A stretch of 64,000 bases of DNA from Sphyrna mokarran. Its lineage: Eukaryota. Each line of letters opens with the position of its first letter. Positions within the stretch are counted from its first letter, which is position 1. The stretch lies in NCBI GenBank assembly GCA_024679065.1, contig JAGIQG010000002.1, positions 129,828,001-129,892,000 of the forward strand, given 5' to 3'. Positions 48,516 through 62,345 of this stretch are shown piece after piece. Both the position numbers and the translations under genes were made by a program. Below the pieces are notes generated by a model. That model was given only the letters and a program-made list of their open reading frames with translations. It had not been told where the DNA came from and ran no database searches.

Positions 48516-51196
48516 AAATTCTACTAGCTATCATGATAGGATTTGAACCCATGTCCCAAATTATTAACCTGGGACTCTGGATTACTAATCCAGTGACATT
48601 ACCACCACACCATCATTGTAAATCCAATAGTTTATAAGCATTCTAGTGATAGAGTCTGGTCAAATAGGCTTGATAATAATTGGATTAAATCAGTTTCCAT
48701 AATCTGTGTAAACAAGTACAAAGAGGGAGGTGCTGGCCACAGAAGATAGATTGTAGGTATAAAAGATATGTGCTTGTGTAAAGATTGGTTCCTGTTCTAT
48801 CCTTCAGCAACTGGTTTTCTAGAATACAACATATGTTATGCTAAAATTGTTTGTAACATGCTTCTCCAGTTCTCTAAGTTAGGAGCTGTTTTCTTCTCAA
48901 TGTACAAAACCCCACAAATAACAGAGGCATAAACATCAATGACCATGCAATATTCTCTCTACAGGAATCATTTGAAGCATGTTACTTGATCAGAAATCTA
49001 GGTGAGACATTAAAGTCTATGTTGCAGTACTGCACCATAATTATGACATGTAGAAGAAAAAATAGTAAATCAAGAGCTAGTGATTCGTTTTAAGGCTTGG
49101 AATTTAAAAGCCAGAAGTTTGCAGGAGGAAAGGAAGGTAATTTTGTCCACAGTTTGAAATTCTGCTTAAGAATGAGTTTGAAGAGGAGATGATCCATCCC
49201 AAACATAGTGAGGATGCAGGGAGGAGGAAGGATGCAACACATTCAAAGGTTGAAGGATCAAGTTCAGAGGGAAACGATCTTAATGATGTGAATGTCAAAG
49301 CAGGATGATGCTTTGGGAGAAAAAAATATGAAGGAATCCCCTCAAAGGGAAGGCATGCTGGTATGAGAGAAGAGGTATCCTTCCAGAGCAAGTTCATGAC
49401 TACCCTACTGACAGAGATGCCTTTGCGGGAGAAAGGGTTTGAGGAGGGATCACATACCACACTGACTGGTGCAACCAAAATGTGATTCTGAGGAGACAAT
49501 GCTTCTCCCAGTGTGCAATGGTAATATTGCTGTGCTTTAGTATAATTGTTCAAACTATCTTTGCATTCTACAGCAAACAGTTGAAATTTCTGTTTTTTGT
49601 AATAAAGGTTGGATCTCTGCCCTCAGAATTCACTCTTCAAGTAATAGTAAAGTGAAGTAAGTATAACATTCAATAATTTTTCACTTTGTCTGATCTACTC
49701 CAATGCAGGGGTTCATCATGGAAAAAAAACACTAATTACCATGAAAGTTGGAATTACTTAGATTTACTAAAGAAAGCAACATCTTAAAATTGTATATTTT
49801 AAAAACTATTGTCTGTCTACTGTGGACACAGTGACTTCAAGATTAAGGTATGGTTTGAATTTTGTCTTGACCATGGAAATGCTCTGATAGTGCAAATGGA
49901 GGAATTACCTTTAAAACATGAGTTGTGGTTGGAGATAATGTTTTGAACGGTATGGTACCTGGATAAAGTACTGAGTACGGTGGTGGAATGAGCATTTTAA
50001 GGCTCAGAGCAGATAATCACAAAACACATTGAAGATTACGACTACCTGTTTAAACTAATTTTCCTATCACTTATGAGTACCATAACACACAATCTTTGCT
50101 GATGATACATCAAGTGATTAATTACTGAATATTACACTGGAACATCAAAGACAATGAAGGAAAAACATTTCATTTGCAAGGCATTGATGGATACAGCCAC
50201 TTTTGGTATATGAAGCCCTTTAAGAATAGTTCCTAATTGCTTTATATGATGTTATCTTTCTCCTGAATATGAAAACACAACTGTTTTCTTTCCATAGTCT
50301 ATTCTACTCAGCAGATGCCTTTCTGCGATTGAACTTGAGATCACAGTCAGCTTTGCGCAAAAGCTGTGGGGCAGTTGGTCTTTTATCTGTGAAAAAAAGT
50401 GTTGTCTTGAAGTTTGTAATCTATTTATGGGTGATTAGAGAAAGTGAGAAATATGGTGGTTTTTTTTGCAATCACTGTTGTTGCTGGCTCTAAACTGTCA
50501 TTGGCATAGTGTAGGATCAGATTGCTGTCTGTGCCTTTAACTGGTGAGTCATGTATCTGTGTTCTCGACAGTTGCTTAATACCTGCAGAAACCATTGCCA
50601 CAAATCCCAACTTAGGAAACCCCTCTAAGTTTCCAATATAAAAAGCACATAGGATCAATCACAGTAACTGAATCCATACAGCTTGGGTGAATGTTGGCAC
50701 AGCCAAGTCTAGGATGTGCAAGATCATTACTGGGCCCAAGTAAAACCACCTAGTTTATCAGTTTACTATTTATCCAGCTAGATCTGATCTACCCATCAGA
50801 TAAAGCCTGTCCAGTTATCTGGATTCAGGCGACAGGCTTGTCTCTAGGTTCCTGGTTGATCATCATTCATGCTCTTGAGTAGACAACGGTGTGTGACATG
50901 CAAGAATTGGAAGAATAAGGGTAGCAAAATAAAATCCTGCAAGAGTACAAAGCTGGCTCTGCTGTCCATCTGTTTTAAAAAAAAATGGCTGAAAGGTTCC
51001 CAGAATAACTAAAAATGGTGGGGTGGACAAAATATTAAGTAAAACAAAACATTTAAAATCTGCCCCCGTGCCAGAGGTTTTCAGTCTGGTTTTGAGTGAT
51101 AATTAATTAAACTGTATTAAACTGGGAGAGGAGAGAAGATTTAAATGTTAAATATCTGCATGTTATTCCAAAGGATTTCTGGTAAAGATTGTGAAC

Positions 51197-51340
51197 ATGG
51201 AAGAAACTGACCGGGAGGCTGTGTGGACAGCTGCACAGCGAGTGGCTGGAATGCTGCAGCGGCCTGATCAGCTGGACAAAGTGGAACAGTATCGCCGACG
51301 GGAAGCTCGGAAGAAGGCCTCGGTGGAAGCTCGGCTGAAG
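51197..51340 (+). CDS. EXOC3: EXOC3 (Sec6) first coding exon; exon probably starts at 51174
   Basis: aacATGG start context; [48 protein letters not shown], nearly identical to the recalled vertebrate EXOC3 N-terminus. Donor gtcagt at 51341. Confidence 0.96.
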
Positions 51341-52810
51341 GTCAGTATGTGGAAAAGGAAGAAACTACTCTTACTTTGTATTTACACATTGCAAGAAGGT
51401 GTCTCCTAGTATGTTTTTTGATAATATGACTAATAATTAGCTAATTTCCTGTTGCAATGCTCAATGGAAAACAAGCATTCACATGAAAGATGCTGAGAAT
51501 TGGACAAGGGGACTCGTAAATAATTCAGCTCACATCTTAGTCATTCATTCTGTCATAATTATTTATATTTCCACATTCAAAACTCCCTGTGTAAGCTTGG
51601 CATGTTGTAAATATATCATTATGCCACTGGCTGCACTGCAGTGCTTCCACTTGTGGTAGTGGTATAATTGCAGTTTGACAAATTAAATAAATGTGGACCT
51701 GGCCATTTCTGTTGGATAACATCAATTTTCCACTAATTTAATTCAATTTTTTTATTATTTGATGATGTAAGAACCAGGGAACACCAAGGTTTTGAAGCAG
51801 GGGAATGGAGAAAGAACTTCTTTATGTAGTGAGTGGTAATGGTATAAATTCATTGCTTATGAGGTGAAAGCTCAGAAGATCAGTGATTTTAAAAGCATAT
51901 TAGATGGGTATTTGGAGGAAAGAAACTTGCAGGTGTATGGGAAAGAATGGAGTAATTGACAAGATTGCTCTACAGACAGCAGACATGGATGGAATGGCCT
52001 CCTGTGCCATGGTGATGATTCTGACTATCAGCAGAAGTAAGGGCAAGTGCAAGACTTTCGGTATTGATGTTTCTTGAAGCTTCTCAAAATTTGATATTAT
52101 AAAAGGTTGGGTTTGCTAGGTTTCAGTCATTTTTTAATATCTTTTACTAAAACTAATTTTATTTCCTAAAATATGCTCATTCTCCTTATAGCGCCAAGCT
52201 CGCTTTAAATTTTAAATGAAAAATATGATGTTCAAAGTGACCATTACGAGAAATTTTATTAAATTGTTATACTGAAGAATTCAATGTTTCCAGTACCTGC
52301 TTTTACTAATTTCCATTGGAACCCATCTCTAACCAACTATTGCAAGAATTAATTGGTTTGTGAAAAACATAGTTTTTGATGCTATTTGTAATTCCTATCA
52401 ACACAAGCTGCTTTAATTTTCTTTAATTCACAATAAGACAAAGTTTAAGTGCGTAAGGTTAATTTCCATTTTGACGAGTCTCATATTTTTGCACCTCCTA
52501 GATCATTGATATTTAACTGTGATTCAAAATCTGAATGTTCACAAATGGTACTTAGATGTTACAACATGGATGCAGGCTATTCAGCCAAATCTATCCATGT
52601 TAATATTTATGCTCCATATGAACTGAGGCAGTTGCCACAGGGAAAAAAAAATTGTCCTCATTTTTAACCCTTGAACCAGATGCAAGCAAATACAAACATA
52701 CACAGAGACATAATGTAATTCATTTTGAAAATTGTAGACAAATACATGTACTTGCCTTATCAGTGAATTACTCCTACTCTTACAGAGATTACTTTTGAAT
52801 TATCTTTCAG

Positions 52811-53030
52811 GCAGCCATCCAGTCCCAGTTGGATGGAGTGCGGACAGGACTTAGCCAGCTTCACAATGCCTTGAATGATGTTAAAGACATCCAGCATTCC
52901 TTGGCAGATGTCAGTAAGGATTGGAGACAGAGCATTAATACTATAGAGAACCTGAAGGATGTGAAAGATGCCGTGGTCCAGCACAGTCAGCTGGCAGCTG
53001 CTGTAGAGAACCTCAAAAATATTTTTTCAG
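52811..53030 (+). CDS. EXOC3: EXOC3 coding exon 2
   Basis: tttcag acceptor, gtaatt donor. [73 protein letters not shown](V). 220 nt, phase 0 to 1. Confidence 0.96.
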
Positions 53031-53374
53031 GTAATTTTTATTTTTTTGCATTTTTGATAAATCCTTAAATGTGAATTTAAAGTCAAGATCAAATTGTCCC
53101 TTCAGTCTATCCCTGGTTACATGAAGGCTACATATGCTGTTGAATTCCTGTGTGTAACATTGCAGAGGATTGACTAGTAATGATAAAGCAAAAAATTGTT
53201 TGTTTATTGCTAATCATGACAACAATATAAAAAGACAATTCATCCTTCAAGATTATGAAAGGAATCTTCAGATGCAGTGTCTACACTAACTTGAAGGAGA
53301 CACACTGACACTAAAAATTAATCACTCTTAGGAAATCAGATAGCATTCTTGAAAAAACGGTGCAATAACAATAT

Positions 53375-53860
53375 CATAAGAACAGAAAATAGAAGCAAGA
53401 GTAGGCCATTTGCCGCTTTCAATCTGCTGTGCTATTCATTTTGATCTTGGATGATTATCAAAATCAATATCCTAATCCCATATCCCTTTGTTCCTTTAGC
53501 CCCAAGAGCTATCTCTAATTTCTTCTTGAAATCATAATGTTTTGGCTTCAACTATTTTCTGTTGTAGTGAATTCCATAGATTCACCACCGTCTGGGAGAA
53601 GACGTTTTCCTCACTTCAGTTCGAAAAGGTTTGCCTCTTATCCTAAAAAGTATGAGCCCTAGTTCTGGACTCGCTCACCATTGGGAATTCTTTCTGAATC
53701 TATCCTGTCTAATCTTGTTAGAATTTTTATAAATTTCTATGAGATCCTCTCTCTCTTCTAAACTCTAGTGAACACAATCCTAACCGACTTAGTTGCTCCT
53801 TGTGTGACAGCCTGCCATCCCAGGAATTATCCTGATAAACCTTTGCTACATTCCCTCGAT
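53375..53860 (-). mobile_element. CR1 LINE 3' fragment
   Basis: Same architecture as 17105-17530 (cataagaac tail, gaattccatagattcaccac, ccctagttctggac). Confidence 0.75.
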
Positions 53861-54739
53861 AGAAAATACATGCATATCTGACAATATATTGCACTATTAT
53901 TTCAAAGATCTTTTAAAATTATATTTAACTATCTTGAAATATTAACAAATACTGAAGTCCGTCAGCCTTTATGGTTATTTGAACTTTACTCCATGCTACT
54001 CAAAGTGCTATCGACTCTCAAGAAGAATAAAATCCTCTAAATTTGGTTCTTGTTTTGTATGCAATGCTACATCATAGAATCATAGAACTTGGTTCACCAT
54101 ACTTGTGTCAGCTCTTTCTCCAATTATTTCAATTGGCCTTGGAACAGTGTCCTTGTCAAATGTATATCCAACTCCCTTTTTAAAATTAAAATTGAATCTG
54201 CACCCACCATTCTTTCAAGCCTTGCATTCCATATCTTAATTCACTGTGTAAAACATATCTGTGGGTTTTTTTTGTTCAACTGTCTTAAATCGGTATCGTC
54301 TGCTGATTAACCCCTTGCATCAATAGAAACATTTTGCCTTGTTTTCACTTTCAAAACTCATCATAATTCTGAACAGGTATGTTAAATTTTCTTTAACTTC
54401 ACTGCTGTAAGGAGTATAACTTGAGCTTCCCTTTTCTCTCCACATAATTAATGTCTTATATCTGGTATTATTATATAATATTCCAAGACCTTGACATCTT
54501 AAATTGGAGAGTCCAGAATTGAATACAATACTTCATCTAAACAATGATTTATTAATGTAATTCATTTGGTATACTGTTTTCAAATTTAGAATAGGATAGT
54601 TAAAGCGACTGTTTCTGGATTTGGATATTTCTTTTGGGATATAAAAAAAAGTGTAGCCATATTAACCTACTTTCCACAAAATAAAATCTAACACAACCAT
54701 GAAAATACCAATCCAACCACAATTTGTTTTTAAATTGCT

Positions 54740-56450
54740 TATGATGTGTGAACATGTCTGACAAGGCCAGCAATTATGTTTTTACCTAATATCTATTGAG
54801 AAAATGGTGGTCAACTGCTACCTTGAACTACCTCAGTCCATAAGGCATAGATGCACCCCGTGTGCTTTAAGCAAGGATGTGCCATGATTTTGACTCAGTG
54901 ATAGTGAAGGAGCAGCAATATATTTGCAAGTCAGGGTGACGTGAACAGGTAATGTCAGACGATGGTATCTTGTATATGGTTCACATTGTTGCCACTGAGC
55001 ATTAATGTACAGTTGGGATTGGTACAGAATGTTTAAAGTAGTGGATGAAATGCTGATCAAGTGGACTGCTTTGTTCTGGATGGTGTCAAATTCAAGTGTT
55101 GTTGGAATGACACTTGCACAGTCCAGTGAAGAGTATTCGATCAGACACTTGACTTCGTACCTTTAAGCGGGACAGGATTTCAGAAGGCAAGCAGTGAGTC
55201 ACTCACCACGGATTTTCTAATATCTGACCTGCTCTTGATGTATATGTATGTCTGCTTCATTTCAGTTTGTGATTAATGGTAACTTCCAGGATGTTGATAA
55301 ATCAGGTTATGTTCTCACTAGTTAGAGATGGTCATTGCCTGGCACCTTTGGCGCGAATGTTAGTATCATTTGTAAGCCCAAGATCCAGGTATTACTCCAT
55401 GCAGGCACAGATTGATTTAGTAGCTGAGGAGTTTAAAATAGTACTTCACATTGTGTGATCATCAGTCAACATGCCCAATTCTGACCTTAAGATGGACAGA
55501 AAGTCCTAGTTTAGGCAGTTGAAGATGTTTAGGCTTAGGACATTACCCCAAGGAATTCCTGCAGCAATATTCTGGAACTGACTTAATTGGCTTCTAACAA
55601 ACTAAACCACTTTCTTTTGTGCTTGATTTGACTCTAGCCAGTGAAGATTTTTCCACCAATTTTGTTAGAGATCCTTCATGACACATTGGTTAAATGCTAC
55701 CTTAATAGCAAGGATGATAACATTCTCCTTGGCTCTATAGTTCAGTTGCTTTGTCTATGTTCAAGCCAAGGTTGTAATTGGGTCCTGGGAAATTTTCTAC
55801 ACTGTTGGGTAGATGCCAGTTTTGTAGATGTACTGGATTAACAGGGTGTAGGTACAGCTAGATTAGATGTACAAATCTTCACTATTATTGTGGAATGTTG
55901 TCAGGGCCCATAGCTTTGCTGTATTGAGTGTCCACAGTCATTACTTAATATTACGAGTGGATCAGATGGGCCGCAGTCCGGTATTTGTGATGTTGGGAAC
56001 CCAGAAGACTGAGATGAGTCATCCACTTGGCACTTCTGGCTGAAGATAGTTGCAAATGCTTCAGCCTTGTTTCTAACATGAACGTGCTCAGCTCTGCTAT
56101 CACTGAGAATGGAATTATTTGTTGAGCCTCTGTCTCTAGTTAGTTATTTAATTGTGATTAAAATGGAGGGCTTTGAGTTCAACTGTCAGTTGTGGGATCC
56201 ATTAGCTCTAATACGTGACGCTTCTGCTGTTTAATAAGCATTTAGTCCTGTGTTCTACCAGGTTGTCACCTTTTTTAAGAATGCCTTCTGCAGCTCCTGG
56301 TATGCTTCGTACTCTCTTTGTAATGGTAGGGACACAATCGGTTATCCATTGCAGTTGAATGCAAATCATCTGATGGTCACTGTGTCTCACTGATACTTGA
56401 TTTTGAACGGCTAGAACTGTTCTGGATCTTCCCAGTGGTAGTGCCATACA
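54740..56450 (-). mobile_element. Older degenerate copy of the 12.1-13.3 kb LINE family
   Basis: Collinear similarity by eye (gagaaaatggtggtcaactgc, gtgaaggagcagcaatatatt, gtgagtcactcacc). Confidence 0.65.
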
Positions 56451-57558
56451 TCACAGTAAAGAGCCCTCAACTTTGGGCAGGATTTTACAGCCTTGTTTGG
56501 ACAAGATCGTAAAATCCCACCTACAGCCAATGGGGATTTCTATTCTGGGCACTTCATTCTCCCTGGAATCGGTGCGGGTTAGGGTTTCACTGTACGTCTC
56601 CGCAAGCACTGTGTTAACTCTGTGCCAACTATGAAGTTCCACATTTTAGTGTGTGCAATGATCTGTTCCACGTCTTAAAGTGCATCACCGATTAACAGGG
56701 GAGAAACAAAAATCAATGAGAGATGTTCAGTGTCAGGAGTTAGTTATTAGGAGAGATCACTCCTAATATTTTCTAAATGACCTTCTCCCCAGGCAGTTTA
56801 CCAGCTGTTAGCGACAATGAGCAAGCCACTTATTTCCAAGCTTCTTAATTGTTGCTGTTGATCTGGCACACGGGAATAGCAAGAACAACCCACTAAGGTC
56901 TTACTCTCCTTACTTCTGAGCATCTGCCCACTGTTACTTGGATTACAGCTGAGTAGATTCACCATTCCATGACAATCATCTATAACCAGTATTGCTTACA
57001 GTTGATTTTGGAAATTTTAAAATTTGTGACACAACTAAACTGTATTCATCTGTAAAACATTTGTGTGTGATTATAAATTCAACTACTTTCAAAAAGAATT
57101 GACTATAGGAAGCTTGGAATTGAGCACATCTCTTGTATTTAGCACAGCAAAAATATAACTATGGGAGAATAATTTCAGAGCGTTATGAATACATTTTCTC
57201 TACATCTGAGCAATTGTTTTAATCCCCTTCCATCACATACTGACACAAACATTGAGAAAAACAACACCCACAAAAGAATGTATAGTCTAGTTGTAAACAG
57301 GAAGGTTTCACCCCATTGGGAATAGACATAATGTGATATCTCAGCTTGTGTTATTTGAACTTGTTTTTCTCACTTGCCAGCATGCAAGCCTACAGACAGA
57401 GGAGGCTGGACCATCATGTCTTGGTTTTAAAAAATCAATTTTCCTTAAAAGATGCAGTGGTCTCTACTGTAATTCTTTGTATTAAAAAAAGTTTACCCTT
57501 TCTTATCTCTTGCCTTAGTAAAAGATTTGTAAAATATTGTTTGATATGATAATTCTCA

Positions 57559-58560
57559 GTTGTGAAGAACATTTAAAATATATTTCTCTTTATGTAAAGC
57601 AGGATTCTGGGGATTGTCTGTGTGTGCGTGTTTGAGTAATTTAGTTAAGTTGGGACTGTGTGTCTACAGCATTGAAACCATCAACTGTGCTAAGTGCAAA
57701 AAGCCTGTACTGGATGCGAATTGGGTCAAATTGGATATTCTACAAGTAAACGCAACATGGGTTGAAATTTGCATGAGGAGATAAGTTGGGATGTGGATTT
57801 TTAGCTGATGAATTTCAAACGGAAGTAAAGAGTTTACATCTTGTTATAATAAATAAGGCAAAGTTATTAAATTTATTTTAACTGAAAGTAGTGAGATAAG
57901 AAAAACAAAAGTTTTTATATTCTGGGAAAGATAAGTTTCAAAGAAAAATAAGGACGATTGGGAAAGAGAAAAGAATATACTTTTAGAGAAGTTGGAAGCT
58001 ACGTTACATATGGCCATGTAAGATCCTGAAGAAAGTGTTATGCTGAGACTGAACTGTGAAGAGGTGAAGTAAGCAGCCTGCAGCCATGCCGGAAGAGTGT
58101 CAGTTTATTTCGGAAAGAAGGGTTTTGTATAAAGCCTTGAATTTCCACAGTGAAGTGAGAGAGAAAGAGAAACCTTGTGGTATGTCTTCGCTTTGGTGAA
58201 TTGTACCTTGTGATAATATTACTGGAGTCTGTTTTATAGACTAAGTTTCTATAGGGACTGTTGCCTAAAGAGGTGTTTATTTTTGAGTCTAACCAAATAG
58301 GAATCTGTTCCCGAAATATTTTGTAAGACTAAATCTTAACTGTATAAATGTAATCTTGTGTTTTAAGTTCCCTTTCTTTTATTAGTAAATCTTTAGATTT
58401 ACTATTTAAAATCTCAAAGTTTTCTTGGAGTATGTGATGCTTGACTTCAGCACACACATCTTCTGGTAGTGATGTACAAATTGAAAATCGTTATGATAGC
58501 TTGCCAATTTACTTTTGGGATTTGGTTAGCATGGCGATTACCATTTGCTAGGTCACAACA
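57559..58560. mobile_element. Possible solo LTR-like element
   Basis: Short terminal inverted match gttgtga...tcacaac bounding ~1 kb of compositionally distinct sequence. No TSD found. Confidence 0.25.
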
Positions 58561-58661
58561 TGGTGAAAGTATTTTTCAATATTTTTATTATTGTGCAGCA
58601 ATATTGCTGTTGGCACAGTGACCATGCACTATATGATGTTCTCTATTGTCTGATTTTTCAG

Positions 58662-59343
58662 TTCCAGAGATTGTGCAAGAGGCCTGTGACCTGATTGAAC
58701 GTGGAGAACTGCTTTCAGCCCATCGAAAACTGATGGATCTGGAGTGTTCCCGCGATGACCTTATGTATGAGCAGTATCGTATGGATAGTAAAAATACACA
58801 TGATATGAAACTCATCCAGGCATACTTCACTGAGGTGCAGAACCTCTCGGAGCAAATGGGCAAGCAGATCTGGATGCTAGTGCAAAGGTCTTCAGTATCA
58901 GTCCGCAGTGATCCAACCCAGCTTGTTTCAGCGATTCGAATCATTGAGAGAGAAGAAAAAATCGATAAGCGGATGCTGGACCGTCAGAAGCAGACAGGGT
59001 TCATTCCTCCTGGCAGACCAAAAAGGTGGAAAGACAAGTTGTTTGAGGTGCTAGAACAGACTGTTGCCAATCGGATTGAGGCCAGTCAGTCTGATACACG
59101 GGAGCTAGACAAAATGTGGCTTGTGCGTCATCTGGAGCTTACGCGCAAGTATGTTCTCGAGGATTTGCTGGTCATGAAGAACTTGATGGTGCAGTGTTTT
59201 CCTCCTCATTATGACATCTTCAATAAACTTCAGAATTTGTATCACGAGGGACTAGTAGCGCGTGTCGAGGAACTTGCCTCAGAGGACTTGGAGGCCAATG
59301 AAATTGTTTCACTTCTGACTTGGGTTCTAAATACATACCTTAG
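58662..59343 (+). CDS. EXOC3: EXOC3 coding exon 3
   Basis: ttttcag acceptor, gtaaga donor. (V)PEIVQEACDLIERGELLSAHRKLMDLECSRDDLMYEQYRMDS...DLEANEIVSLLTWVLNTYL(S). 682 nt, phase 1 to 2. Confidence 0.96.
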
Positions 59344-60449
59344 GTAAGAGATTAATGTGATACCATGTGGGGTATAAGAAGATAGCTTCTCTTACAATCT
59401 CTCCTGGCATGGTGAGTTCCCATTCTGATGCACCATCCCAAGTTAAGGAGATGCAGACATTTCATGGTTAGTGCAAGCAGAAAGAAGGGAAATCAGAGAC
59501 AAATCCCTGTGCAACCAAATATATGTAATATATTCAAAAAACATTGCCATTATTGATTGTGATTGTTAGCTGAGGTGTTTCTTTGACGTAAAAATACTGC
59601 TGAAAAATATTTTAGCAGCATCTGCGAACAAGAATGGACGCGTAAACTGAAGGATTTTGCAAATATTTAAAGGCTAAAGCAGAGGAAAAGAAGAGGGAAA
59701 AAAGATGCACATTGGAATTTTAAAATGCTTCAATAAAAACAAGATGGCTGAATGGGGAAATTATATTAGCTTGAGGCGAAAGGAGGCAGTATGAGAGAAA
59801 ACAAAGACATTAAAGGCTTCTGTGAAACACATAAGTTTGACTTAGTTGCGGAAGTGGGGTATGAGGTAGTTAGGAGTGGAAGCATGAAAAGCTAGCAAGG
59901 CAGAGCAGGATTTTGAGAGTCAAAACTTTCCCTTGGCACCAAGGAGGCTCACTTTTCCACCAAAACAGTGAGTGCATCATGAGATATTTTGGATCTTGAT
60001 GGAGGTATAAAAAATATAATTTTGGGAATCCTAGTGATTGCTGTTAAATTCAGCTGATTTTCAGTTACCATTGTCTTGTTTCAGTGAAGAGAACTTGCAG
60101 AGAAGGCGTTACTAAAAATGATAAAGAGAAATGCAAAGTCAGACACAACGTGGGAATGTAGGAAGTGGAGGAAATCCTTTTGCCCTTTGAGCCTGTTATG
60201 CAATTCAGTTAGATCACCTGTACAATTTCATTTCTCTAATTTGATTCAATAACTTTTCATACCTTTACTTAACAAAAAATCTATTAATCTCAGTCTTGAT
60301 GTTTCAGTTTATCTAGCCCCAATAGCTTTTTAAGTGAATGCTTTCTACGACCTATACTGTGAAGTAGTACTTCCTGACATGAGCCTACTCTCATTTTATG
60401 GTTGTGTTCTTTGTTCTGGATTTTCTATCAAAGGATGATTAAAAATTCT

Positions 60450-60680
60450 TTTATATGATATGAGCATTGCTGGCTAGGCCAGCATTTGTTGCCCCGTCCC
60501 TAATTGCCCTTGAGAACATGTTGGTCAGCTGCTGCCATGAACCGCTGCAATGCAGAGATGTAGGCACACCTATAGTGCTATTAGGAAGATAGTTCCAGGA
60601 TTTTGAGCCAGTAACAGCAAAGGAGTAATGACATTCCAAGTCAGGATAGCATGTGCCTTGGAAAAGAGCTTGTCTTGTCC
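60450..60680 (-). mobile_element. 3' end of the same LINE family
   Basis: ccagcatttgttgccccgtccctaattgcccttgagaa; reverse strand SKSWNYLPN. Confidence 0.7.
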
Positions 60681-61058
60681 TTCATGTGATAGAGTTTCTG
60701 TTAATTTAATCAAGTCCTTTAGTTGTTTTAAACACCTCAGATCAACCACAATCATGTGAACTTGAGACAATGCATCCCTAATACGTGAAACCTGCCATCT
60801 TAATTTAATCCTATTAGCTTTGGTATCTTTCTGACAGATCTGTGCCATGATCCCTCCAAGGTCAGTATCCACCCTGAGGTATAGTGTTTAGAATTTAATG
60901 AATTATTTCTGATGCCATTTAACCAGAACTTTATTCAGTTGCACTACAAAGCTTCCAGGTTTTATATTTTATGGCCTGCTCTGTCTGTTCAACTTAAATT
61001 TTGCTGTGTTGTGTTGTTGAATTTTGCTTCTAATTGAATTTAATTTTTGTCTTTATAG

Positions 61059-61176
61059 TGCAGATATGATGGGACACCCAGATCTAGCTCCAGAAGTGGA
61101 TGTGAAGACCCTGGAACCCTTACTGTCGAGTAATATGGCTGATGCGCTTCTCACCAAATACATGACAACCCTTACG
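61059..61176 (+). CDS. EXOC3: EXOC3 coding exon 4
   Basis: ttatag acceptor, gtgagt donor. (S)ADMMGHPDLAPEVDVKTLEPLLSSNMADALLTKYMTTLT. 118 nt, phase 2 to 0. Confidence 0.93.
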
Positions 61177-61685
61177 GTGAGTTAGAATCCCCTAAGTAGG
61201 GGAGTATAATGGTTCTAAAAGCAGCATATGCACCCTTTCTGATGAAGCTAAAGATTTATGGCAGATTTTTCTTCATGTGTTTGTGAAAGAGAAATAATTT
61301 TTGGCAAATCTATTTGAGTTCTTTGTCTAATGGTCTGACTATCAGGATAAGTAAGGAGGAAGTAGTGGAGGTAATGTTTTGGATTTTCAGAAGGCATTTG
61401 TTAGGAGTTTGTTACTCTTTGCTTTATACCAGTAAGGGTGGCTTTTATTTTAGTTACAAATTGGTCCTGTAGAACTTCAAATTTGCTGTAATCATAAATA
61501 TACCTCTTCATTTAAAATCCCTGCTTTTATTCCTGAAACTTTGAAAGAAGTTGATGATCAGTTTTCATAAAGATCTTGCTCTTTAGGCTAACTGAATTTT
61601 GACTCATTATTAGTGTGTCAGCTATTCTAATCGAAAATACAATGAGAATTTTCAACCTGAATGCTAGTTACATTATTCTTTATAG

Positions 61686-61811
61686 TCTAACATTATTGGC
61701 TGGCTACGAAAAGCACTTGAAACGGACAAGAAGGATTGGAAAAAGGACCAAGAGCCAGAAGCAGATCAAGATGGATACTATCAGACAACACTTCCAGCTA
61801 TTGTATTTCAG
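61686..61811 (+). CDS. EXOC3: EXOC3 coding exon 5
   Basis: ttatag acceptor, gtattc donor. [42 protein letters not shown]. 126 nt, phase 0 to 0. Confidence 0.95.
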
Positions 61812-62067
61812 GTATTCTCATTCCGTTATAACTCTTGCAAGTGCTCTGTATGTATTTTATTATTTGGCCACCCTAACATGGTTAAACTGCTACTAATGAT
61901 AAGCATCCAGAACAGCATTGCTTTTATTTTAAATTGTGCCTCCTAGCCCACTTGTCCCCATGGGTATCAAAACAAAGATGACAAAACTAAATTGTTCCCA
62001 GAGATGTTAAACTGTTATACTCTCAGGAATTCTGCTTTTCCTTGTGTGCAATCTATGATAGATTTGA

Positions 62068-62345
62068 GGCGGCGTGGTGGCACAGTAGTTAGCACTGCTG
62101 CTTCACAGCACCAGGGACCCAGGTTCAATTCTGATCTCGGCTGACTGTGTGGAGTTTGCATGTTCTCTCCATGTCTGTGTGGGTTTCCTCCTATGGTCCA
62201 AAGGTGTGCAGGTTAAGTTGATTGACCATGCTAAATTGCCGTAGGGAATTAGAAGGTGAGGTACAAAGGTGGGGCATAGGTGAATTGTGGTAGGTGCAAG
62301 CTTGATGGGTCAAATGGCCCCCTTGTGTACTGTAAGAATTTTAAG
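62068..62345 (+). mobile_element. V-SINE, tail type A-like
   Basis: ggcggcgtggtggcacagtagttagcactgctgcttcacagcaccagggaccc plus core. Confidence 0.82.

Noticed and set aside
49104-49553. 149-aa minus-strand ORF, and the 160-aa ORF at 62883-63365
   Set aside because: No recognisable domain or splice context; both are intronic in EXOC3 and the second overlaps a repeat.
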